The position numbers and the translations under genes were made by a program. Shown here in pieces: positions 16,256 to 22,106 of a stretch of 32,000 bases of DNA (position 1 is the stretch's first letter; every line of letters begins with the position of its first letter). The notes beneath the pieces are model-generated. The model had not been told where the DNA came from. It did no database searches and saw only the letters and a program-made list of their open reading frames with translations. The DNA comes from Streptomyces phage BillNye: the sequence record NC_042105.1; one strand, written 5' to 3'.

Positions 16256-16543
16256 TCAGCGACCGTGGGCCATCTCGTAGGCTTCCATGACGGGCTGTGG
16301 GATGCGGCCCTTGGCAGCAATCTTGAAGCCGTGCTTGGCTGCCCACTTGCGGATGTCCTTGAGCTGTTCGCGACGGGTGCCAAGGTCCGTCGTGGTGGCT
16401 GTGACAGTGGCTCGTGACCGAGAGCGGCCGGTTGTGCCAGTGGCAGGAAGCTCCTCCGTCTCTTGCTTCGGCTGCCGGATGTTGGCTGCCCACTTGAGGT
16501 AGCGAGTAGCGTCCTCATCGGTCAAGGTGATTTGAAGGCCCAC
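16256..16543 (-). CDS. lsr2: Lsr2-like nucleoid-associated DNA-binding protein (short N-terminal domain)
   Basis: C-terminus REQLKDIRKWAAKHGFKIAAKGRIPQPVMEAYEMAH matches the Lsr2 DNA-binding domain with its RGR-type motif (here KGRIP). GTG 16543 after AAAGGA; alternative GTG 16576. The rest of track ORF 16256-16828 runs antisense through tRNA-Arg. Confidence 0.75.
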   Translation of the reverse strand: MGLQITLTDEDATRYLKWAANIRQPKQETEELPATGTTGRSRSRATVTATTTDLGTRREQLKDIRKWAAKHGFKIAAKGRIPQPVMEAYEMAHGR

Positions 16544-16661
16544 AGTGTGTCCTTTCGTGGTGGATGTTGGCCCCACAATAGCATAGACGTTCGCTTGTGC
16601 AAAGTGCCTAAGCCTTCTCCACAGGTGATTCAGCTCATAGTTTGAGACGGTTCGTCCGGGT

Positions 16662-16690
16662 TTGACACGGGTAGAAATATCGGCTATTAT
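16662..16690 (+). promoter_or_regulatory. sigma70-like promoter for tRNA-Arg(ACG)
   Basis: TTGACA (16662-16667), 17-nt spacer, TATTAT (16685-16690). Confidence 0.55.
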
Positions 16691-16704
16691 TTTTTCATCA
16701 GCAA

Positions 16705-16778
16705 GTCGCCGTAGCTCAATCGGATAGAGCACTTCGCTACGAACGAAGAGGTTGGGGGTTCGAATCCCTCCGGTGACA
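16705..16778 (+). tRNA. tRNA-Arg (anticodon ACG)
   Basis: Acceptor GTCGCCG/CGGTGAC, D arm GCTC..GAGC, anticodon stem CTTCG/CGAAG with loop CTACGAA, T arm GGGGG-TTCGAAT-CCCTC. Confidence 0.85.
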
Positions 16779-16792
16779 CGCAAAGCACAATC

Positions 16793-16826
16793 AGAGGCTC
16801 GTGAAATTTTTCGCGGGCCTCTTTCC
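16793..16826 (+). terminator. hairpin terminator after tRNA-Arg(ACG)
   Basis: AGAGGC / GCCTCT stem enclosing a second small stem, followed by TTCC. U-tract is weak. Confidence 0.45.
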
Positions 16827-16843
16827 AACCAAGGAGAAAAACG

Positions 16844-17098
16844 GTGGAGCTAGAAACCCTCATTGAGATGGGTGTCTACGAGGTCTCGGGTGTCGATGAG
16901 ACAGGCGAGCCACTGTATTCGCTCAACGTCCCGATGGCCAAGGAGCTTGCTCCGGAGGTATACTGGGCTGACAGGAACGCCTGCGAGACTGCGATTTTCG
17001 ACGCGGTGGAGCAGGGCTATCTGGAGTGGGACGTTGACCCGGAGACTCTGGAGATGACGTTCTCGGTGACCGAGCTGGGAGAGAAGTTCATCGACTAG
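16844..17098 (+). CDS. hypothetical acidic protein, 84 aa
   Basis: GTG 16844 after AAGGAG. Confidence 0.55.
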   Translation: MELETLIEMGVYEVSGVDETGEPLYSLNVPMAKELAPEVYWADRNACETAIFDAVEQGYLEWDVDPETLEMTFSVTELGEKFID

Positions 17099-17104
17099 CG
17101 GTTT

Positions 17105-17177
17105 GCCCCTATAGCTCAGTGGATAGAGCAGGTGCCTTCTAAGCATCTGGCCGCTGGTTCGAGTCCAGCTAGGGGCG
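17105..17177 (+). tRNA. tRNA-Arg (anticodon TCT)
   Basis: Acceptor GCCCCTA/TAGGGGC, anticodon stem GGTGC/GCATC with loop CTTCTAA, T arm GCTGG-TTCGAGT-CCAGC, G73. Confidence 0.85.
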
Positions 17178-17186
17178 CAATTTTCG

Positions 17187-17205
17187 GCGGGTTGCCCGCA
17201 AGCTC
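17187..17205 (+). repeat. GC hairpin + AAGCTC variant
   Basis: GCGGG-TTG-CCCGC then AAGCTC (17200-17205). Confidence 0.4.
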
Positions 17206-17234
17206 GTTTGTTCGTCCTAACACAGGGAGAAGAG

Positions 17235-17429
17235 ATGGGCGAGATTTGGCACCACTATGCTGAGATGATTACGGACCCGGCTCACACCCTCGTGGAGCTG
17301 ACGTTTATCCTCTTGGTTGATGTACTGTTCCTTGGTCTTCTGTGGCCTCTTGCCAAGCGTTCCGTGAATAAGCGGGTTAACGCTGAGCACAAGGTTCTGG
17401 ACAAGGAGCACGGCGTTACGCACGATTAG
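17235..17429 (+). CDS. small membrane protein, 64 aa
   Basis: ATG 17235 after GGGAGAAGAG. Hydrophobic segment LVELTFILLVDVLFLGLLWPL. Confidence 0.5.
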   Translation: MGEIWHHYAEMITDPAHTLVELTFILLVDVLFLGLLWPLAKRSVNKRVNAEHKVLDKEHGVTHD

Positions 17430-17473
17430 AATAATGTGGTAAACTAGTTACGCAGAGTGACTAGGAGGCCACA

Positions 17474-18154
17474 ATGAAGGTAGTAACCGCGAATATTCGC
17501 AATAACCCCGACATGCTCAGAAAGAAGGTCAAGGCTGATGCTGCGACAGTCTCCGGGCTAGGCGGGGTTTTGCTGTTCCAGGAAATCGGAGAGCCAGAGG
17601 ACCACACGGACGTGAAGGCGGCTATCGGGACCGCCTTCACCTACGTCCACGATAATGTGGAAATTCCCATCGCCTTCCGCAAGAGTTCCTGGAACCTGCT
17701 CGACAGCGACGTAGTTCTCATGCACAAGGGGAAGAGGATGACCTCCCCGAACAGATATCTGTCATGGGTTCTGCTGGAGCGTCGGAGCAACAAGCAGCTC
17801 GTCTGCATCATGAACACCCATTTTGTCTCGGGAGCCTGGAACGGGACTCCCAAGCTGAACAAGGCGTGGCGCAGGGAGCGCTGGCTGGAGCACTGGAAGA
17901 AAATGTCATCCGTGGTCAATTACTTCCACAGCCAAGGAGTCACCGTGATTTTCGGTGGCGACTTCAATAGGCTGAGGGTTGGCAGGTTCCACCAGGACCA
18001 GCGTTGGGCCGTCAACCGGGGTATCGACAAGATTGGTGTGCTGGAGGGGCACGGCGGGGTTCGTGTTAAGCTTCTAGGACAGTCCCATCATCCGCTGAAT
18101 AGCGACCACGACGCCCATGTAGCCAGCATTGAATTGCATGGCGTGGTAAAATAA
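17474..18154 (+). CDS. endonuclease/exonuclease/phosphatase (EEP, DNase I-like) family protein
   Basis: LLFQEIGE, MNTHF, FGGDFN, NSDHDA segments in the EEP order. AGGAGG SD. Confidence 0.6.
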   Translation: MKVVTANIRNNPDMLRKKVKADAATVSGLGGVLLFQEIGEPEDHTDVKAAIGTAFTYVHDNVEIPIAFRKSSWNLLDSDVVLMHKGKRMTSPNRYLSWVLLERRSNKQLVCIMNTHFVSGAWNGTPKLNKAWRRERWLEHWKKMSSVVNYFHSQGVTVIFGGDFNRLRVGRFHQDQRWAVNRGIDKIGVLEGHGGVRVKLLGQSHHPLNSDHDAHVASIELHGVVK

Positions 18155-18158
18155 TGCT

Positions 18159-18674
18159 ATGACTAATAAGCCATTGCCCGGAGATTTCGGGCTGACACGA
18201 ATTCGCGGGTTTGTGGGGTGGTGGATTGGGCTGGGCCAGCTAATCACGGGAGATGCTTCCCGGTACACCCATGCATTCATCGTGCTAGATGATGAAACAG
18301 TTGTTGAGGCAATGCCTGGTGGAGCTATCATTACTCCAATTTCCGAATATGTTGGAAGGGCTGTGTACTCACGACTGGAGCTGACTGATGACCAGCGTGC
18401 AGCAATCGTGCGTGAGGCAAGGTCGCTCAAGGGAATCCCATATTCCTTCCTTGACTACCTTGCCCTTGCTCTGGCACACTTCGGCATCAAGCCAAAGAAG
18501 CTCCGCAAGTACATCACGACTAAGGGGCATATGATTTGCTCCCAGCTTGTTGATGAGGTATATAGGCGGGCGGGTATCCACATGTTCAATGACGGCAGGC
18601 TTCCACAGGACGTAACTCCTGGAGACCTTGCCAATTATCTCATTGAGCGTGAATGGGAACTTGAAACCCTTTAG
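18159..18674 (+). CDS. permuted papain-like (YiiX/NlpC-P60 superfamily) peptidase
   Basis: His before Cys order: YTHAFIV...EAMPGG...ICSQLVDEVY, as in YiiX-type permuted enzymes. Confidence 0.55.
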   Translation: MTNKPLPGDFGLTRIRGFVGWWIGLGQLITGDASRYTHAFIVLDDETVVEAMPGGAIITPISEYVGRAVYSRLELTDDQRAAIVREARSLKGIPYSFLDYLALALAHFGIKPKKLRKYITTKGHMICSQLVDEVYRRAGIHMFNDGRLPQDVTPGDLANYLIEREWELETL

Positions 18675-18689
18675 TGATATACTGATGTC

Positions 18690-18845
18690 ATGAAGAGATA
18701 CGTTTATTCAGTGCTTCTACAGGTTGAGGTAGAGGCGTTCAGTGAAGCTGATGCCCAAGAGGCGGTCCAGGACTGCTTTGGTGAGGGCAGCAATTGTGGA
18801 TTGAATGTCCTTGACTTCGAGGTTGTAGATAGCGATGAGTTCTGA
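18690..18845 (+). CDS. possible acidic small protein, 51 aa
   Basis: ORF below the track cutoff whose end overlaps ATG 18835. No SD seen. Confidence 0.3.
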   Translation: MKRYVYSVLLQVEVEAFSEADAQEAVQDCFGEGSNCGLNVLDFEVVDSDEF

Positions 18846-19059
18846 GTTCCAAGAGATGCTTGACCTGATGGGCAAGCCTGGGGTTACGGTTATGCAATTC
18901 TGCGGGATTTCCGTGGATGACGATAACTTCTGTGACCAAGAGGCCGTAGGAGAAGTCCTGGCCGAGCTGGAGGACGGGGTTACCCTTCCTATCCCAATCT
19001 GTGAGGGCCACCTGCGTGCCGTGCAAGCCCAGTACACAGTAGAAGAACTGAATACGTAA
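18835..19059 (+). CDS. hypothetical acidic protein, 74 aa
   Basis: Only sizeable plus-strand ORF before the tRNA-Ala promoter. The opposing minus ORFs run through tRNA sequence. Confidence 0.5.
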   Translation: MSSEFQEMLDLMGKPGVTVMQFCGISVDDDNFCDQEAVGEVLAELEDGVTLPIPICEGHLRAVQAQYTVEELNT

Positions 19060-19063
19060 TTAT

Positions 19064-19093
19064 TTGACAAGCAGTTGGAACTCTTGCTATGAT
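19064..19093 (+). promoter_or_regulatory. sigma70-like promoter for tRNA-Ala
   Basis: TTGACA (19064-19069), 18-nt spacer, TATGAT (19088-19093). Confidence 0.55.
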
Positions 19094-19107
19094 AGAGGAG
19101 TTCCGTT

Positions 19108-19180
19108 GGGGATGTGGCGCAATTGGAAGCGCAGGTGCTTTGCAAGCACAAGGTTGTGGGTTCGAGTCCCATCTTCTCCA
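19108..19180 (+). tRNA. tRNA-Ala (anticodon TGC)
   Basis: Acceptor GGGGATG/CTTCTCC with G3-U70 and A73 (Ala identity) and one U-U mismatch. D arm GCGC..GCGC, anticodon loop TTTGCAA, T arm GTGGG-TTCGAGT-CCCAT. Confidence 0.75.
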
Positions 19181-19211
19181 CCTATTCCCAAATCCAATGG
19201 GAGGTGATAGC

Positions 19212-19286
19212 ATGTCTATTGAACGTGCTCTCGTAATTGCAATTCTCGTAATTCTGTTTATTGCAGTGCTAATGTGGGTATTCTAA
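19212..19286 (+). CDS. 24-aa hydrophobic micro-ORF (MSIERALVIAILVILFIAVLMWVF)
   Basis: ATG 19212 after GGGAGGTGA. Single transmembrane-like helix. Sits between tRNA-Ala and the next tRNA promoter. Confidence 0.45.
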   Translation: MSIERALVIAILVILFIAVLMWVF

Positions 19287-19290
19287 AAGC

Positions 19291-19319
19291 TTGACAGCCT
19301 GTTCCTCGGCTGTTACAAT
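19291..19319 (+). promoter_or_regulatory. consensus sigma70-like promoter for the Lys/Met/fMet/Phe cassette
   Basis: TTGACA (19291-19296), 17-nt spacer, TACAAT (19314-19319). Confidence 0.65.
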
Positions 19320-19332
19320 AGAGGAACAACAT

Positions 19333-19405
19333 GCGCCGGTAGCTCAGTTGGTAGAGCAATAGACTCTTAATCTATGGGTCCTCGGTTCGAGTCCGAGTCG
19401 GCGTA
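19333..19405 (+). tRNA. tRNA-Lys (anticodon CTT)
   Basis: Acceptor GCGCCGG/TCGGCGT (G1-U72, G7-U66), anticodon stem ATAGA/TCTAT with loop CTCTTAA, T arm CTCGG-TTCGAGT-CCGAG. Confidence 0.8.
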
Positions 19406-19428
19406 CTTCGGAAGCATTAGCTTCCCAT

Positions 19429-19500
19429 GGCGGCTTAGTTCAGGGGTAGAACGCTCCCCTCATAAGGGAGAAGTCATTGGTTCAAATCCAATAGCCGCTA
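19429..19500 (+). tRNA. tRNA with CAT anticodon (elongator Met or Ile2)
   Basis: Acceptor GGCGGCT/AGCCGCT (G1-U72), anticodon stem CTCCC/GGGAG with loop CTCATAA, T arm ATTGG-TTCAAAT-CCAAT. Confidence 0.8.
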
Positions 19501-19502
19501 CT

Positions 19503-19578
19503 TGCGCGGTAGTGGAGTTAGGTTCCACGCAGGGCTCATAACCCTGAAACATCGGTTCGAATCCGGTCTGCGCCACCA
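19503..19578 (+). tRNA. initiator-like tRNA-fMet (anticodon CAT), CCA encoded
   Basis: 1:72 mismatch (U1 x C72). Anticodon stem CAGGG/CCCTG gives three consecutive G-C pairs next to loop CTCATAA. T arm ATCGG-TTCGAAT-CCGGT; ACCA at 19575-19578. Confidence 0.75.
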
Positions 19579-19606
19579 CGTAAATCCTGTGACGAAAGTC
19601 ACACCT

Positions 19607-19685
19607 GGGGCCGTAGCTCAGTTCGGTCAGAGCGCTCGGTTGAAACCCGAGAGGTTCGTTGGTTCGATTCCAACCGGTCCCACCA
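19607..19685 (+). tRNA. tRNA-Phe (anticodon GAA), CCA encoded
   Basis: Acceptor GGGGCCG/CGGTCCC, anticodon stem CTCGG/CCGAG with loop TTGAAAC, T arm GTTGG-TTCGATT-CCAAC, A73 then CCA. Variable loop is 6 nt. Confidence 0.8.
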
Positions 19686-19686
19686 T

Positions 19687-19721
19687 GAAACCCCCGTGAC
19701 ACGCTCGCGGGGGTTTCTGCT
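19687..19721 (+). terminator. hairpin terminator after tRNA-Phe
   Basis: GAAACCCCCG / CGGGGGTTTC 10-bp stem. Confidence 0.55.
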
Positions 19722-19733
19722 ATCCTGTGAGGC

Positions 19734-20021
19734 ATGGCGAAGTTCCAGGAGCATGTCTCATTACATGAAACTGCTGTGCAAGCTGCGGCGGATGGGGTTG
19801 ACATTCCGAAGCCCCGTCGTCGTCGGTCCAAGCCCGAGGAGCACCCCGTAGACGTGTCTGTGCAGACGCGCAGGAAAAGCTCCAAGGTGGCGGATAAACT
19901 CTTCAAGGATGTCCACGAAGAGGTTTACGACACAGCGATGAATCTAGCGGGCCAGAACTGGCGACGGCTGGAAGTCATTGACAGCACAACGGTTGTAGTC
20001 CATAATAATGAGGTACACTGA
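19734..20021 (+). CDS. hypothetical basic protein, 95 aa
   Basis: ATG 19734. Stop overlaps the next ATG (TGATG). Confidence 0.5.
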   Translation: MAKFQEHVSLHETAVQAAADGVDIPKPRRRRSKPEEHPVDVSVQTRRKSSKVADKLFKDVHEEVYDTAMNLAGQNWRRLEVIDSTTVVVHNNEVH

Positions 20022-20206
20022 TGGCAACGGCAGAACCTCCGATTGAAAGTCCTACGGAGACTGACAAGCGCGCTGCGGCTGAGCTTGGCATTACTCCCGA
20101 GGAGATGGTTCGCATCCTTGACGTGTGGTCCAAGCACGCAAGGGATGTAGCCCTTGAGCGTCGAAAGGCGCGGGTTGCGAACGTTCAGCGGATTGTGGTA
20201 GAATAA
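20021..20206 (+). CDS. hypothetical protein, 61 aa
   Basis: Translationally coupled to the upstream ORF. Confidence 0.5.
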   Translation: MATAEPPIESPTETDKRAAAELGITPEEMVRILDVWSKHARDVALERRKARVANVQRIVVE

Positions 20207-20230
20207 TTCAAATGAGCCCGAAAGGGCCTA

Positions 20231-20314
20231 GTGTCGGTAACCCGTAATTGGTAGCGGTCCTGACTGTAAATCAGGTGTCTTCGGATTCTGGGGGTTCAAG
20301 TCCCTCCCGGCGCA
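20231..20314 (+). tRNA. tRNA-Tyr (anticodon GTA), class II
   Basis: Acceptor GTGTCGG/CCGGCGC (two G-U), anticodon stem CCTGA/TCAGG with loop CTGTAAA, 14-nt variable arm, T arm GGGGG-TTCAAGT-CCCTC. Confidence 0.8.
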
Positions 20315-20315
20315 C

Positions 20316-20414
20316 ATGTCAACTCCCGGTCCAGTATATTGTGCAGAGTGCGGTGGAGCTAATCCACCAGGGTCAACCTATTGTCAAGGTTGCGGAAAGA
20401 TGTTGAATCCATAA
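20316..20414 (+). CDS. 32-aa zinc-ribbon micro-ORF (MSTPGPVYCAECGGANPPGSTYCQGCGKMLNP)
   Basis: YCxxCG-x9-YCxxCG double knuckle. ATG starts 2 nt after tRNA-Tyr; no SD. Confidence 0.4.
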   Translation: MSTPGPVYCAECGGANPPGSTYCQGCGKMLNP

Positions 20415-20422
20415 AGTAATTC

Positions 20423-20495
20423 GCCCCCTTAGCTCAGTTGGTAGAGCAGGAGACTTTTAATCTTCGGGTCGTCCGTTCGAGTCGGACAGGGGGCA
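20423..20495 (+). tRNA. tRNA-Lys (anticodon TTT)
   Basis: Acceptor GCCCCCT/AGGGGGC, anticodon stem GGAGA/TCTTC with loop CTTTTAA, T arm GTCCG-TTCGAGT-CGGAC. Confidence 0.85.
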
Positions 20496-20497
20496 CT

Positions 20498-20570
20498 GTG
20501 ACGTAAGCCGAGCGGTTAAGGCACTTGGTTGTGGCCCAAGGTTTGGCGGGTTCGACTCCCGTACGTCACC
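20498..20570 (+). tRNA. tRNA-His (anticodon GTG)
   Basis: Acceptor GTGACGT/ACGTCAC, C73, anticodon stem CTTGG/CCAAG with loop TTGTGGC, T arm GCGGG-TTCGACT-CCCGT. No encoded G-1 (upstream base is T). Confidence 0.8.
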
Positions 20571-20572
20571 CC

Positions 20573-20643
20573 GGTCCTATGTGCGAGTGGTTAGCAACTA
20601 GTCTGCAAAACTAGGAACGTCGGTTCGAATCCGACTAGGACCT
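20573..20643 (+). tRNA. tRNA-Cys (anticodon GCA)
   Basis: Acceptor GGTCCTA/TAGGACC, U73 (Cys identity), anticodon stem CTAGT/ACTAG with loop CTGCAAA, T arm GTCGG-TTCGAAT-CCGAC. Confidence 0.85.
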
Positions 20644-20881
20644 CAATCTCGGCAGGCTGTCTGGTCGAGCCGATATCGTGGCGCTGGCTGCGGTATCCTG
20701 TGTGACAGTACGGGACAGCTCTAGCAGGCTGATTAATCCAAGGGTAGAGCCCGTGAACACCTTGGCGTCAGAACGACTAAGTATGTGCTAGCATACTCTG
20801 ACGAACTTATCATGCGGTACGGCGGCTAGTCACCTCCAGATTCCGCCCCGTGGTACCCCATCACACGTTAAACTGGGGCAC
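20644..20881 (+). ncRNA. unassigned structured non-coding segment inside the tRNA operon
   Basis: No ORF and no tRNA fold. Four consecutive helices: 20646-20676, 20710-20754, 20766-20803, 20816-20857. Confidence 0.4.
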
Positions 20882-20954
20882 GCCTCCTTAGCTCAGGGGA
20901 CAGAGCAGCGGTCTTCGGAACCGCGTGGCGGGAGTTCGAATCTCTCAGGGGGCA
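20882..20954 (+). tRNA. tRNA-Arg (anticodon TCG)
   Basis: Acceptor GCCTCCT/AGGGGGC, anticodon stem GCGGT/ACCGC with loop CTTCGGA, T arm GGGAG-TTCGAAT-CTCTC, A73. Confidence 0.8.
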
Positions 20955-20975
20955 CTTCCGATTTAAGGAATAAAA

Positions 20976-21407
20976 ATGATTAACGTTGTCTGGGGTGAAT
21001 ACAGCTACCAGTCAGAGCCAGGTGAGGACACGGATGAGCCGTACTCCTGGCGAGGCGTAGAGACGACCGAGATTAGCGATGTAGAGGCCGTTTATTCGAA
21101 GGGCGAGGGAAACCCTCACCGAGGAATGATTCGGCCGGGTGCTTTTTCGTGTGAGGCTGAGCCGGGTGATACTGTGTATGCAGTCATCGTCAGGTACTCC
21201 ACGGGAGACACCTTCGGACGTGAAGAGGGATTGGCTATCTGCCTTGACGTTTTCACTGATGCTGACAAGGCTGAGGAGCTTGCGAAGGCAGCTCGTGAGG
21301 TCGATGAGTTCCGGATGACCGTCAACGGTGTAGAATATTACGTCAGTTGGGTCGGCTACTTCGAGCATCTTGAGGATGTTGTCGTAGAGGAACTTGTGGT
21401 ACGATAA
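20976..21407 (+). CDS. hypothetical acidic protein, 143 aa
   Basis: ATG after TAAGGA. The opposing minus ORF runs through a tRNA. Confidence 0.6.
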   Translation: MINVVWGEYSYQSEPGEDTDEPYSWRGVETTEISDVEAVYSKGEGNPHRGMIRPGAFSCEAEPGDTVYAVIVRYSTGDTFGREEGLAICLDVFTDADKAEELAKAAREVDEFRMTVNGVEYYVSWVGYFEHLEDVVVEELVVR

Positions 21408-21515
21408 GTTTGTGGCTGCGGTTGCCAGCCAGTATAGAATAATCCGTAAATCCTGGTTATCGCGCCTACGCGGCGGGTTGTTCGAATACAAAGGGGTCAC
21501 GCCCAAGCAACCAAT

Positions 21516-21588
21516 GCTCGTATAGTTCAGTGGATAGAATACTCGCCTCCTAAGCGAGGGGTCGCTGGTTCGAATCCAGCTACGAGCA
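21516..21588 (+). tRNA. tRNA-Arg (anticodon CCT)
   Basis: Acceptor GCTCGTA/TACGAGC, anticodon stem CTCGC/GCGAG with loop CTCCTAA, T arm GCTGG-TTCGAAT-CCAGC, A73. Confidence 0.85.
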
Positions 21589-21599
21589 CGCACGAACTC

Positions 21600-21894
21600 G
21601 GGGTAGCCTGGTTTCGACGTTGATGAATGGTATATAAGCGCAGCCAGTCTTTGAGCAAGAGACTTAAAACAGGTTCAAAACAATAAATGCTGACAACATT
21701 GATGCAGAGTACGAGGCGCTTTGCGCTGAGTACGCACTCGTGACCGTTTGAGTCACCGGGCTTGCGGATGGCCTAGGAACAGAACAATCCGCTTGTGTAG
21801 AACATGCAAAACCCTGTAGTAAATGATGGACATGGCTGTACATCGACTGTATGCTTGAAATGAACGGACAGGGGTTCGACTCCCCTCTACTCCA
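21600..21894 (+). ncRNA. ssrA: tmRNA (SsrA), short form, about 295 nt
   Basis: 5' GGGGTAGCCTGGTTTCGACG and 3' GGACAGGGGTTCGACTCCCCTCTACTCCA form a tRNA-Ala-like acceptor with G3-U70 and A73. Internal candidate tag ORF 21689-21751. Confidence 0.85.
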
Positions 21895-21905
21895 CGCAAT
21901 GAGGA

Positions 21906-22076
21906 ATGATGAAGGCAAGTAATCAGTACGTCTACAGTGACGACGAAGGTTATCTAGATAGACTCGCGGAAGAGTATGCTATGCTTGGGCGTAGCGTGAA
22001 GCGAGAAAAGGGCAGGCTTATCGTCTTTGCCCTGGCTCGCAAGAGTCGTAAGTCGTCTCCTCGCAGGAAGCGTTGA
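21906..22076 (+). CDS. possible basic small protein, 56 aa
   Basis: ATG-ATG at 21906/21909 just after GAGGA. ORF below the track cutoff. Its stop overlaps the TTGACA of the next promoter. Confidence 0.35.
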   Translation: MMKASNQYVYSDDEGYLDRLAEEYAMLGRSVKREKGRLIVFALARKSRKSSPRRKR

Positions 22077-22102
22077 CAACTTCCTACGGGGGATGCTACA
22101 AT
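22073..22102 (+). promoter_or_regulatory. sigma70-like promoter for the tRNA-Asn cassette
   Basis: TTGACA (22073-22078), 18-nt spacer, TACAAT (22097-22102). Confidence 0.6.
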
Positions 22103-22106
22103 AAAT

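Noticed and set aside
20797-20803. Hammerhead ribozyme core: CTGACGA matches CUGANGA
   Set aside because: No GAAA element or stem III with a cleavage triplet is found in the surrounding 238 nt, so the match is a chance 7-mer.
21440-21515. Possible degenerate tRNA upstream of tRNA-Arg(CCT), because of GTTGTTCGAATACAA
   Set aside because: The TTCGAAT-like loop is not flanked by a complementary 5-bp stem, and no acceptor pairing could be found.
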